DNA of 64,000 bases from Cyanophora paradoxa CCMP329 (lineage: Eukaryota; Plantae; Glaucophyta): NCBI GenBank assembly GCA_004431415.1, contig QPMI01000244.1, positions 17,496 through 81,495 on the forward strand, given 5' to 3'. Numbering within the stretch: the stretch's first letter is position 1; each line of letters begins with the position of its first letter. The notes under the pieces are model-generated. The model ran no database searches, had not been told where the DNA came from, and was given only the letters and a program-made list of their open reading frames with translations. This document shows positions 42,441 through 51,965 of this stretch, piece by piece. The translations under genes were made by a program, and so were the position numbers.

Positions 42441-45400
42441 TTAGCCCTGCCAATTTCGGGCGAAGCCTCTTCCGTAGGTCGATGGTGAACGTTTCCATCT
42501 ATTTTTTTTCCACTCGAGTCCGATTGGTCCGAGCGTCCAGATTCGCGACCTCCGCAATAAAGGCGAACGGTCTCCGACCGAGTCCGACGTGACACAGTAG
42601 AACTGACAGTCGACCAACCTCCACTGATTTATTTTCGCACTCATAGCTCCCCTAGAGTTCGGCCCGTGGGCGTCGCGCGAGAATCGAATTTCCCTCCAGG
42701 ATCAATTCCGGTATTTATACCCCGGGGCTCGATCGCGAAACTCCAAAAAGTGGGACCCGGTCCCGCGACGAAAGCGCGCCAGGGACGCGCCAGAGCGGTC
42801 ACAATGACAGCCAAGAGCGCGCGCATCGCGGCAAGCTCGGTTTCGGCCGCCGTGGACGCTCCAGTCACTTAGTGCACAGAGTCGGCCGAAATTTTGATCC
42901 TGCCGGTTCCGGCCGGTCTCCCGTCGCGCACATTCGATGCGTACTGGCGCGCATAGACATTCCAGGGCCTGCGCACTCCAGATATCCGCTTTTCGGAGCC
43001 GGAACAGTGCAGGAAGGTGCCCGATGTCAAAAATTCGATCCTGCACAGCCCCGGGCAACTTTCCGCGCGCCGACGCCGCGGCGCATGCGCGGATCAATAG
43101 TATATGCATTTCAGATGTAGAAGAAGCCTTCCGCACGGTCTCTAAATGCGCCGGGCCGCGAGGACCCAACCGACCCCGAAAATTCGATCCTGGATGGACC
43201 TGTGCATCTTTCCGCGCGCCATCGCGTCCGCATCCATGCCCATTGCTACAGTATTCATTTGAGATCTAAACGAAGCCTTTCGCAAGCTCTGTGGGCGCGA
43301 AAGAGCTCGAGAACCCAGCCGACGCCAAAATTTCGATCCTGGACAGGCCGGCACATATTTCCGCGCGCCCTCTCCTCTGCAACCATGTGCATCGATCCTG
43401 CATGCATTCGAGACTCTGTTTAAGCGATTTATAAGCTCTGCGCGTGCGCCTGGCCACGAGAATCTCGCCCGTCCCCTCACCAGTCTCCTCTCAATTTCCT
43501 CAGGGCCTCGAACTCAACTACAGCTAGCTGATTGGCAGCACGACTCCTCCCCTCATTTTATTCTCTCTCAGCTGCACCAATTCCCCTTATCACATAATAA
43601 TATTCTCTCGGCACAACTCCTCTCAAGACAACTCCCCCCATAATTATATTCCCTCTCACCAGCCCTCCCCTCCCCTCTCCCTGCCCCGCCGACCCAGCAA
43701 CAACCACGACGGGCCGCGATGATTAAGGGCGACGCGAGGAGGGCTGCTGAGGCTTCGCCCGATGTTTGGGACCCGCAGGGGCCCAGGGCTTGTCGGGCGA
43801 AGCCTCTTCCGTAGGTCGATGGTGAACGTTTCCATTTATTTTTTTTCCAATCGAGTCCGATTGGTCCGACCGTCCAGATTCGCAACCTCCGCAATGAAGG
43901 CGAACGATCTCCGACGTAACACAGCTGGACACGGACGTCACACTTATTTTTGGACTCGAGGCTCCCCTCAAATTCGGTCTGCACTCTTGGGTACCCGCGC
44001 GAAAATCGAATTTCCCTCCAGGATCAATTCCGGTATTTATACCCCGGGGCTTGATCGCGAAACTCCAAAAAGTGGGACCCGGTCCCGCCCGGTCCCGCGA
44101 CGAAAGCCCGCCACAGACGCCCCAGAGCAATGCAGAATGACAGCCAAGAGCGCGCGCATCGCGGCAAGCTCGATTTCGGGCGCCCTCGATGCTCCAGTCC
44201 GAAGAGTCGGCCGAAAGTTTGATCCTGCCGGTTCTTCCCGGTCCCCCGACGCGCGCAATCGATGCGTACTGGCGCGCATAAACATAGCAAGGCCTGCGCG
44301 CTCCAGCGATCCGCTTTTCGGACCCGGAGCAGCGCAGGAAGGTGTCCGACAGCAAACATTCGATCCTGCACAGTCCTGGGCATCTTTCCGCGCGCCCACG
44401 CTGCGGCGCATGCGCGCATCAATAGTATAAGCATTTCAGATGTAGAAGCAGACTTCCGCACGCTCTCTAAATGCGCCGGGCCGCGAGGACCCAGCCGTCC
44501 CCGAAAATTAAATCCTGGACGGACCTGCGCATCTTTCCGCGCGCCCTCGCGTCCTCACCCATGCCCATCGCTACAGTATTCATTTGAGATCTAAGCGAAG
44601 CCTTCCGCAAGCTCCGTGGCCGCGAAAGAGCACGAGAACCCAGCCGATGCCAAACTTTCGATCCTGGACAGGCCTGTACATATTTCCGCGCGCCCTCGCC
44701 TCCGCGGCCCTGCACATCGATCCTGCATCCATTCGAGACTCTGTTTAAGCGATTAATAAGCTCTGCGCATGCGCCTGGCCACGAGAATCTCGCCCGTCCC
44801 CTCACCGATCTCCTCTCAATTTCCTCAGCGCCTCGAGCTCAACTACAGCTAGCTGATTGGCGGCACCACTCCTCCCCTCATTATATTCTCACCAATTCCC
44901 CTAATTCCATAATTATATTCCGTCACGACGTCACTCAGGACAACTCCTTCCATAATTATATTCGCTCTCAGCAGCCCTCCCCTCTCGAGCTCCCTGCCCC
45001 ACCGACCCATGGCCAGCTCCTCTTCATTCTCCCGTTATTATATAGCTAGCTGCCCTGCAGGAAATCAGCCCACCTAATTATATTTCCTCTCACTAAACCT
45101 CCCCTCCCCTCTCCCTGCCCCACCGACCCAAAGACAGCCACGACGGGCCGCGATGATTAAGGGGGGCGCGAGGAGGGCAGCAGAGGCTTCGCCCGATGTT
45201 TGGGACCCGCAGGGGCCCAGGGCTTGTCGGAAATCCAGATCGGCGAACGAAATTCCTGTGACGTCCAGGTTACGTCCGTCCCGCGTGTTCGCCCCGTAGT
45301 CGTCCTGAATCAATTCACGCACTTACCTCGACGATGACGTCACGCAATTTTCCATCACCTCCGTCTCATGGATCTAATCTCGAACTTGTACGCTGCAATC

Positions 45401-46938
45401 TCGACAGCTGTCATGAATCAATTTCGGTCCTGACTTCCCTAAGACGACCGCTCTCCCGTGGGCGTCGAGCGAAAATCGAATTTCTCTCGCGGATCGATTC
45501 CGGTATTTATACCCCGGTTCGATCGCGAAACCCCAAAAAGTGGGACCTGGTCCCGCCCGGTCCCGCGACGAAACGCGCCAGGAATGCCCCAGAGCGGTAC
45601 AGAATGAGAGCCGAGGGCGCGCGCACTGCTGCAAGATCGATTTCGGCCGCCGTCGACACTCCAGTGCGAAGAGTCGGCCAAAACTTTGACCCAGCCGGTC
45701 CCGTCCGGTCCCGCCACGTGCACGCGCGCAATCGATGCGTTCTCGCGCGCATAGACATAGCACGGCCTGCACACTCCAGGGATCCGCTTTTCAGAGCCGG
45801 AACAGTGCAGGAAGGTGCCCGGCGGCGAAAATTCGATCCTGCACAGCCCCGGGCATCTTTCCGCGCGCCCACGCCGCGGCGCACGCGCGGAACAAAAGTA
45901 TAAGCATTTGAGATGTAGACGAAGCATTCCGCGCGCTTTGCAGATGCGCCGGGCCGCGAGGATCCAGCCGACCCCGAAAATTCGATCCTTGGCGAACCTG
46001 CCCATCTTTCCGCGCCCCCTCGCATCCTCACTGAGTCACGCATGCCCATCCCTACAGTATTCATTTGAAAGCTTTTCGTTGCTTTGCGCAAGCACTCTGG
46101 GGGCGAAAGAGCACAAGAACCCAGCCGACGCCAAATTTTCGATCCTGCACAGGCCTGCACATATTTCCGTGCGCCCTCGCCTCCGCAGCCCTCCACATTG
46201 ATAGTATATGCATTCGAGGTACTTTGCAAGAGATTCGCAAGCTCTACGCATGCGCCTGCCCGCAGGAACCTCGCTCCTCCCCTTAATGCTGAGGAGCTGG
46301 AGCTCCAGGTGAGATCTAGGGGGAAATATATATTCCCCCCTAGATCTAACCTCGAGCTCGAGCTCGAGCGACCAATATATTATATATATTTCCCCCCTAG
46401 ATCTCACCTCGAGCTCGAGCTCCGGCGACCAATACATATATATTCCCCCCTAGATCTCACCTCGAGCTCGAGCTCCACTGACGAATATATGGCGGCGATC
46501 GCAATGAATAAGGTGACGGCGGGCCGGGGGATCCGGAGGCTTCGAAAAAGCCCAACCTTTGCACACGCAAGCTTAACAACCCATGGCCAGGGCTTATTGA
46601 GTTAGGCACGGCGGCGGCGCGGCTCGCCGGGTGGAGCGGAGGCGCGCGGGGCAGCCGCCGGGCGCCGTGGCTCGCCGGGTGGGGCGCAGCCTCGGAGCGT
46701 GGCGGCCTGGCGGCGTGGCTCAGCGGCTTGGCAGACGGAGCGGAGACCCCAAGGGCGGCGGCGAGGCTCTCAGGGCAGGGCAGAGGCATGCAGGGTGGCA
46801 GCTCGCGGGCCAATGCTTGGCGGGCAGGCCATGGCGGAGCAGAGGATTGGAACGCTCGGGCGGGGTAGAGACAGGGTCCCAGCGAGGCTGAGGAAGCAGG
46901 CATGCATTGGCAGGGCTTACCACACGTGAGTGTGGGCT

Positions 46939-46940
<2 letters not shown>
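42441..46940 (+). mobile_element. Non-autonomous Helentron/Helitron2-like element C with internal ~1.3-1.4 kb tandem repeats
   Basis: 5' AGCCCTGCCAAT (42443-42454) is the exact inverse of subterminal ATTGGCAGGGCT (46906-46917); then hairpin CCACAC-GTGA-GTGTGG (46920-46935) and CTTG; about three diverged internal units (e.g. 42457 vs 43794) built from AATTCGATCCTG...TTTCCGCGCGCC subrepeats shared with A and B. Confidence 0.75.
46312..46478. repeat. 36-bp near-perfect palindrome plus three ~55-bp direct repeats
   Basis: AGATCTAGGGGGAAATATATATTCCCCCCTAGATCT (46312-46347); CCCCCCTAGATCT(A/C)ACCTCGAGCTCGAGCTC three times. Confidence 0.85.

Positions 46941-47012
<72 letters not shown>
46941..47012. 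repeat. (TA)36 microsatellite at the junction of element C and the viral island
   Basis: Read directly. Confidence 0.95.
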
Positions 47013-47014
<2 letters not shown>

Positions 47015-47374
47015 AGGGCCATCAATGGGCCAAACGCGAAAAGGCAACTCCGAGAGCTCGAGACTCGGAAGTGACGCTTGGATTGCGGAGGTTCTTATAA
47101 CCGCCGCAACAGCTGTGGGGGTACCCCCTCCGAGGCTGGCGATCGCGGCGATCGCGACCCGATCGCGACCCTGGTGATCGCGACTTTCTCCCGATCGCGA
47201 CCCTTTTCGATCGCGATTTCGAGATCGGGGCATTTCTGCGATCGCGAGAAAGGAAAAATCGGAAAAGGCCGAAAAGTGCGTTTTTCACGCGTGAAATCGA
47301 CCGAAAACGAGGGTTCGAATCCCGGGCCCGGATTTGGACTTGGGCAAAATCTCGGACTGAAATGGGAGAAAAAT

Positions 47375-47433
47375 GGGACCTGGGACTTGGGACTTGGGAC
47401 TTGGGACTTGGGACTTGGGACTTGGGAAGAGTT
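47375..47433 (+). repeat. (GGGACTT)6 module 1
   Basis: CCT(GGGACTT)6GGGAAGAGTT, about 50 bp upstream of ATG 47484. Confidence 0.95.
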
Positions 47434-47483
47434 GGAATCAGAGTCTGGACTCAAAACGGGGAAATTTTCGGAGGGGGAGAAAA

Positions 47484-48269
47484 ATGTCAGGCAATCTCTA
47501 TTACGATTTCCCCTTTGAGTTGCATATGGCATTCGAGAGGCTGCGCGAGTTCTGGCGTTGGCACCTCACAGGACATGACATTCCCGACATAACACCAGAG
47601 CCCAACACACAGGGCGTGCTTGAAGTCATCCGTCAATATCCGCGTCGATTCAATGAATGGATCGAGTTCCACGCAACGAACCGTTTCCAGAGTCTCCCCG
47701 AGGCCATACGCGAAAATTTCGTGAGGCTGGTGGGACCAGGCTACGACAACCCTAACAATCATAGACCACGCCCAGCTGGCGTGACGCGCGAAGCTCGAGA
47801 AGACCGTAGACTTTTCCGCAGGGAATTGAGAGAGGATAGACGGAGGCTTTCAATGGGGCTCCCGCAGATTGTGAGGGGTACAGCCCGGATTACGAGACTT
47901 ACCAAGAATTGTACGGCTTCGAAAATCCCTTTGAGAGGGTACTACCAGGGTGAGGGGCCAGGGGGGCCCCTGAGGGTGTACCCCCATCCGAGACTCGACC
48001 TTCGGCGGACGCACTCGGGCAATTTCCGTCAGGCCGGCTCCTTTTTCTGTCTTCGGTCCAACGCTAAATTTGGCTTTTTCAGGCCAGTTGGCAACGTTTT
48101 CCGTTGCGAACTAGCCCAGGAAAAAATTCGCCCACAAAACCGCGGTCCGCCGCCATTTTGCCTCACTCTTGAAACGGGTTCGCCGCCTTCTCTCAGCCCA
48201 AGGAAACCCTGCCTCTCCGAATTTTCACAAGTCCGCCCTCACAGTCACCTCACGTTTTGCCTTTGCTGA
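47484..48269 (+). CDS. Hypothetical viral protein (true stop may be earlier)
   Basis: AAAATG start; MSGNLYYDFPFELHMAFERLREFWRWHLTG... has protein-like composition for about the first 140 aa. Confidence 0.5.
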   Translation: MSGNLYYDFPFELHMAFERLREFWRWHLTGHDIPDITPEPNTQGVLEVIRQYPRRFNEWIEFHATNRFQSLPEAIRENFVRLVGPGYDNPNNHRPRPAGVTREAREDRRLFRRELREDRRRLSMGLPQIVRGTARITRLTKNCTASKIPLRGYYQGEGPGGPLRVYPHPRLDLRRTHSGNFRQAGSFFCLRSNAKFGFFRPVGNVFRCELAQEKIRPQNRGPPPFCLTLETGSPPSLSPRKPCLSEFSQVRPHSHLTFCLC

Positions 48270-48289
48270 TTTCTTTTCCCTTTGCGCAG

Positions 48290-49354
48290 ATGTCGATTCC
48301 CGCTGAGCTTGCCGAGGACTTCGCCTTTGTCCAAGCAACGTGGGCTAACTCCGGTGGCACTCAAGGGCTACCCCTGAGATGGAGCAGCGCGCCGACGCTC
48401 TGGGTACATCTACAATTATGCCATCTTACGCGCCACTGGCCCCGAAGTGCAACTTCTCCCCAAGTCCGCCTTCACGTCCAAGGCCAAGAAATCCAAGTCC
48501 AAGCAACCCAAGCCCGAGCCCCCCGTCGACGTGCCCCCGTCCCCGGCTGGGTCAAGACCGCCAACGGCTGGGGCGACCCCAAGCTTTTCGCCGAGTCTGC
48601 TGCCGAGACGCTCGCCTGGGCCTACCCCCTCAAGTCTTCACGAATTACCCCCTCCGTCATCGTCGTCATCTGCCCCTCAGCCCGTCGCCGAGCCCGCCCC
48701 GAGCCCGCCGATGACGCCAAGTCCGAGGCCTCTGACGTCGAGTCTGACATCAACGACTTCATCGACTTTGACGTGCCGATTCCATACGACTCTGAGTCGT
48801 CTTCTGACTCTGAAGGCGACAACGAAAACCCGACTCGCAAGCGCCGCATTATCAAGACCAAGTCAATCGTCAAGAAGAAGTTCATGGAGACTACGTCATT
48901 CACCGACAACTCCGAGCGCGTCAAGGACCCCGCCAAGGCACACGAGAAGGACTTGAAGCTCGGCGCCGGCATTGCCCGTTCTCGCGTGACGTCACACTAC
49001 AGCGAGCGCCTGACTCAGCACGTCAAGACCATTGAGAAGCGCGTCCTCTGCAACGAGCTCCGCAAGGAGTTGGAGCGCAAGCGGCGCCACGAGCGCCTTG
49101 TCCAGTACCAGATCAACAAGGCGCGGATCGCCGAGCGCAAGCAGAAGGAGGCGGCCGAGCTCAAGGCGCGCATCGAGGCTCAGCAGCAGCGCGAGGCAGA
49201 GGCGGCAGCGGCCTTGGCGGCGCAGCGCGAGCGCGAGCGGCAGGACTTGGTGCAGGCAGCGCAGTCCCTTCCCCGCATTCCCCTTAAGTCGGCGCCCGAG
49301 GGCCTCATTGAGTTGGTTTCCGATGACGATGACTCTGACTTTGAGATGCTGTAA
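48290..49354 (+). CDS. Hypothetical viral protein with acidic tract and C-terminal coiled coil; probable internal frameshifts
   Basis: MSIPAELAEDFAF...; strong C/G-ending codon bias; SDVESDINDFIDF acidic tract; ELRKELERKRR...EAAELKARIE coiled coil; TAA at 49352-49354. Confidence 0.65.
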   Translation: MSIPAELAEDFAFVQATWANSGGTQGLPLRWSSAPTLWVHLQLCHLTRHWPRSATSPQVRLHVQGQEIQVQATQARAPRRRAPVPGWVKTANGWGDPKLFAESAAETLAWAYPLKSSRITPSVIVVICPSARRRARPEPADDAKSEASDVESDINDFIDFDVPIPYDSESSSDSEGDNENPTRKRRIIKTKSIVKKKFMETTSFTDNSERVKDPAKAHEKDLKLGAGIARSRVTSHYSERLTQHVKTIEKRVLCNELRKELERKRRHERLVQYQINKARIAERKQKEAAELKARIEAQQQREAEAAAALAAQRERERQDLVQAAQSLPRIPLKSAPEGLIELVSDDDDSDFEML

Positions 49355-49425
49355 ATAGTATTGCGTCATTCCATTGTACATACTTGTAAAAATTGGCCGA
49401 CTATTCAGTTACGACTTGGCGCGAT

Positions 49426-49545
49426 CCTGGGACTTGGGACTTGGGACTTGGGACTTGGGACTTGGGACTTGGGACTTGGGAAGAGTTAGACTCAGGGTCT
49501 GGGCCCAGAATCTCTCTGGATCTGAGAGTTTGCCGCGCCAAGTCC
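49426..49545 (+). repeat. (GGGACTT)7 module 2, left arm of an inverted repeat
   Basis: CCT(GGGACTT)7GGGAAGAGTT plus ~55 bp similar to the reverse complement of 49861-49916. Confidence 0.92.
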
Positions 49546-49590
49546 CTAACCACCGGGCAGACATGTAGAGGGGTACGGAAATCTGCATAT

Positions 49591-49846
49591 GACGTTTCTG
49601 GTGACATTCCAGGTGAGATTTCAAGCGAGGTAGAGTCTGAACTGGTGTACGACTTGTAGCATGATACTGGACATGAAAGCTCACGAGAGTATGCAACCGA
49701 AAACGGATGTGAAGAGGGGTAGGAGTTTTCGTGTGAGATGTCGAGAGAAGGAGGGTACGAGATGGGATACGAGTAAAAAAGACTACGAGTAAAAAAGACT
49801 ACGAGTAAAAAAGAGTATGAGGAGTGGTAGGAGTAAAAAAGTCGGT
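49591..49846. repeat. 12-nt periodic array with invariant GA, followed by GAGTAAAAAAG 16-mers
   Basis: GA at 49591 and every 12 nt to 49771 (16 consecutive positions); then GAGTAAAAAAGACTAC twice and variants at 49803 and 49831. Confidence 0.9.
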
Positions 49847-49860
49847 AGAAAAACTCACCT

Positions 49861-50041
49861 GACTTGTCTGACAAATTTCTGATCCTGGAGAAAGTCTGGG
49901 CCGGGACCTGGGTTTCAACTCTTCCCAAGTCCCAAGTCCCAAGTCCCAAGTCCCAAGTCCCAAGTCCCAAGTCCCAAGTCCCAAGTCCCAAGTCCCAAGT
50001 CCCAAGTCCCAAGTCCCAAGTCCCAAGTCCCAAGTCCCAGG
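49861..50041 (-). repeat. (GGGACTT)16 module 3, inverted (right arm)
   Basis: AACTCTTCCC(AAGTCCC)16AGG at 49917-50041. Confidence 0.95.
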
Positions 50042-50062
50042 TTTTTCTGAACCTAGGGCAAA

Positions 50063-50428
50063 ATGGCCCTGCTCCGGTGCACCGACTCGCAAGACGTCGC
50101 CTACAACGTCCTGGTCAACTCGGACGTACCCCCGAGTGCCTTGGAGTTTCCCTGGAGAGTGGACAGGGACAGGGTGAGCAAGACGTTTGGAGGGCGCAAG
50201 CACTACCTCTCCCAGCTGATCCTCGGGAAGTCGCCACGTGGACGCTACGTGGAACACATCAACGGCAACCCGCTGGACTACAGGAGGGAGAACCTGCGCT
50301 GGGCATCAATGTCGGAGATTCGCAAGAAGAGGAGGGGGTACGCCAATTTACAGGAGAAGAGCGAGGAGATTCGGGAGATGATGGAGGCGACACAGGTGCT
50401 AATGCAGCTTAGCCAGTCTAGACGCTAG
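50063..50428 (+). CDS. HNH-family (phage HNH_3-like) protein, probably catalytically degenerate
   Basis: YLSQLILG...VEHINGNPLDYRRENLRWAS versus the typical VDHINGNxLDNRRxNLRxxT; intact 121-aa ORF with AAAATG start. Confidence 0.8.
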   Translation: MALLRCTDSQDVAYNVLVNSDVPPSALEFPWRVDRDRVSKTFGGRKHYLSQLILGKSPRGRYVEHINGNPLDYRRENLRWASMSEIRKKRRGYANLQEKSEEIREMMEATQVLMQLSQSRR

Positions 50429-51227
50429 TGGTGTGAATCTTGGTGTCGTACTCGCGACCGACCGTTTCCCAGGCCACGTAAACTTCGGCTCCGGCGCCTG
50501 GCGCTGTCGAGTTGGTAGTCGCAGTCGTGTAGTCCGCCTCTGCCTCAATTAGTTCGGCCATGAGGGTAGAGCCCACGACCATTCCAGAGGTAGGCATTCC
50601 GGCGATGTTGTTGTACAATTTGAAAGTGAATTTCGTGAAGAGGAGCCGGGGCCAGACCTGGGTACGGGATTCGAGGCGCCGTATGAATAATCGGTACCCG
50701 AGGCGCCGCCCGTGGTGGCATTCGTCATCATCTCCTTTGCGGTCATCTTCCAGAGGTTGTACATCTCAAAGGGAACGGCCTGCGTGGTCTTGTGTGTGGC
50801 ATCGATGAGGGCGCCATCTAAATGCGTTTTGATGTTCGGATTCGCACCATTCCCGAATTTGCGAGTGAGGGCGGTGTTAGCGGTGAACTTGAGTTCGAGC
50901 ACGCGAATGGCGGGCCGATCAGGCACAGAGGGCTCTATCTTTTTCAGGAGGCCCGAGAGCCAGAGCGCCTCCGCCTCATCCGCGCTCACGCCCGAGTCGA
51001 TGTCAAAGTACACGTACACGGAGCAGGAGGCGGGATTCTCGAAATCGTTGGAGGTGACGCGCAACATGACGGGATTCTGGACCCTCACGGTGAGCGGGGT
51101 GGCGTAGTTTCCGTCCCACTCCACCTTGTCCGTCCCTGCGTTGGCCACGTTCCAGCGTTGCCGTAGAAATCGGGACGATCGAGCCGGCAGACACGGTCTT
51201 CACGATGGTGGCCGAGGTGGTCGGCAT
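50418..51227 (-). CDS. Hypothetical viral protein, paralog 1 (frameshifted)
   Basis: AAAATG start; core VRVQNPVMLRV..N....P...VYFD...VSADEAEALWLSGLLKKIEP....IRVLELKF. Confidence 0.6.
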
Positions 51228-51236
51228 TTTGCGACC

Positions 51237-51927
51237 TCAAATGAGAAAGATTATCCGTGAAAGAGGGTGATGTCGCCACGATGTTCATGACGCGGGCCCC
51301 AGGCACAGAGTCAGCGTCGGTGCCGTACGCGTAGGAAATCGAGCACTCACGCAGCTCCGCGCAGAGGCTGGCGCCCGTGCTGAAGTGGGGCTGGTCGGCG
51401 GCGTAGGAGAGGGGGAAGACCTGGAACCTGAAAAAGGTGAAGGGAAGCGGGTAGAGTCGAGCCGCGTGGGTTGCCGCCCGTGTAGAGGGCCCCCAGGGTC
51501 GCGGGACTTGGATTGAATTTCGTGAAGAGCACGTCGCCCTTGAGCGTACCCCTCATCTGGTAAGTTCCCGTACCCGGAAGATTCGAAGAACTGGGGTACC
51601 GGTTCACGGTGGGGCCGTACCCCGTCTCCTGAACTTGACCTCGAGACAGCGCAAGACGTTGGCAGTGGCCGTGGCAGGTGCCACCTTTTTCACGAGTCCT
51701 GATTCGTGCAGCAGCTCGATAACCTCTGCGCTGAGGCTCAGAGGGTCGAAGAAGAGCTGGTAGGAATAAATCTTGGGCGTGGCGTAGGCGTTCTGAACGA
51801 CCTGAATCACGACGGGATTCTGCAGAAAGACGTCGACGTAACTGCCGGAGGGTATGCGTGCGAAATCCTTGGTGTTGTTGCCAACGTCAAGTGAGCCGCT
51901 GAGGGTCTGGTACCAGTTGGAAGTCAT
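51237..51927 (-). CDS. Hypothetical viral protein, paralog 2 (frameshifted)
   Basis: TAAATG start; core VFLQNPVVIQV..N....P...LFFD..LSAEVIELLHESGLVKKVAP....LRCLEVKF. Confidence 0.6.
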
Positions 51928-51965
51928 TTACCCCGGGCAGATATTTTTTCGGATCGTAGAGGAAA

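Noticed and set aside
34272-46940. Protein-coding ORFs within elements A-C
   Set aside because: Frames are not conserved between the repeat copies, and there are no Rep, helicase or transposase motifs.
47138-47248. Cyanobacterial HIP1 (GCGATCGC) signature implying plastid or cyanobacterial origin
   Set aside because: Only three copies are full HIP1, they are locally clustered, and HIP1 is not evidently enriched in the rest of the island.
49591-49772. 12-nt periodic array as CRISPR
   Set aside because: The constant part is only 2 nt and the variable part 10 nt; kept as an unexplained array instead.
47375-50041. (GGGACTT)n as telomere or interstitial telomeric repeat
   Set aside because: The arrays are short, internal, in both orientations and embedded in a fixed module; the host telomere motif cannot be established from this window.
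49426-50041. Foldback/MITE transposon
   Set aside because: No target-site duplication flanks the inverted arms, and a third solo arm exists at 47375.
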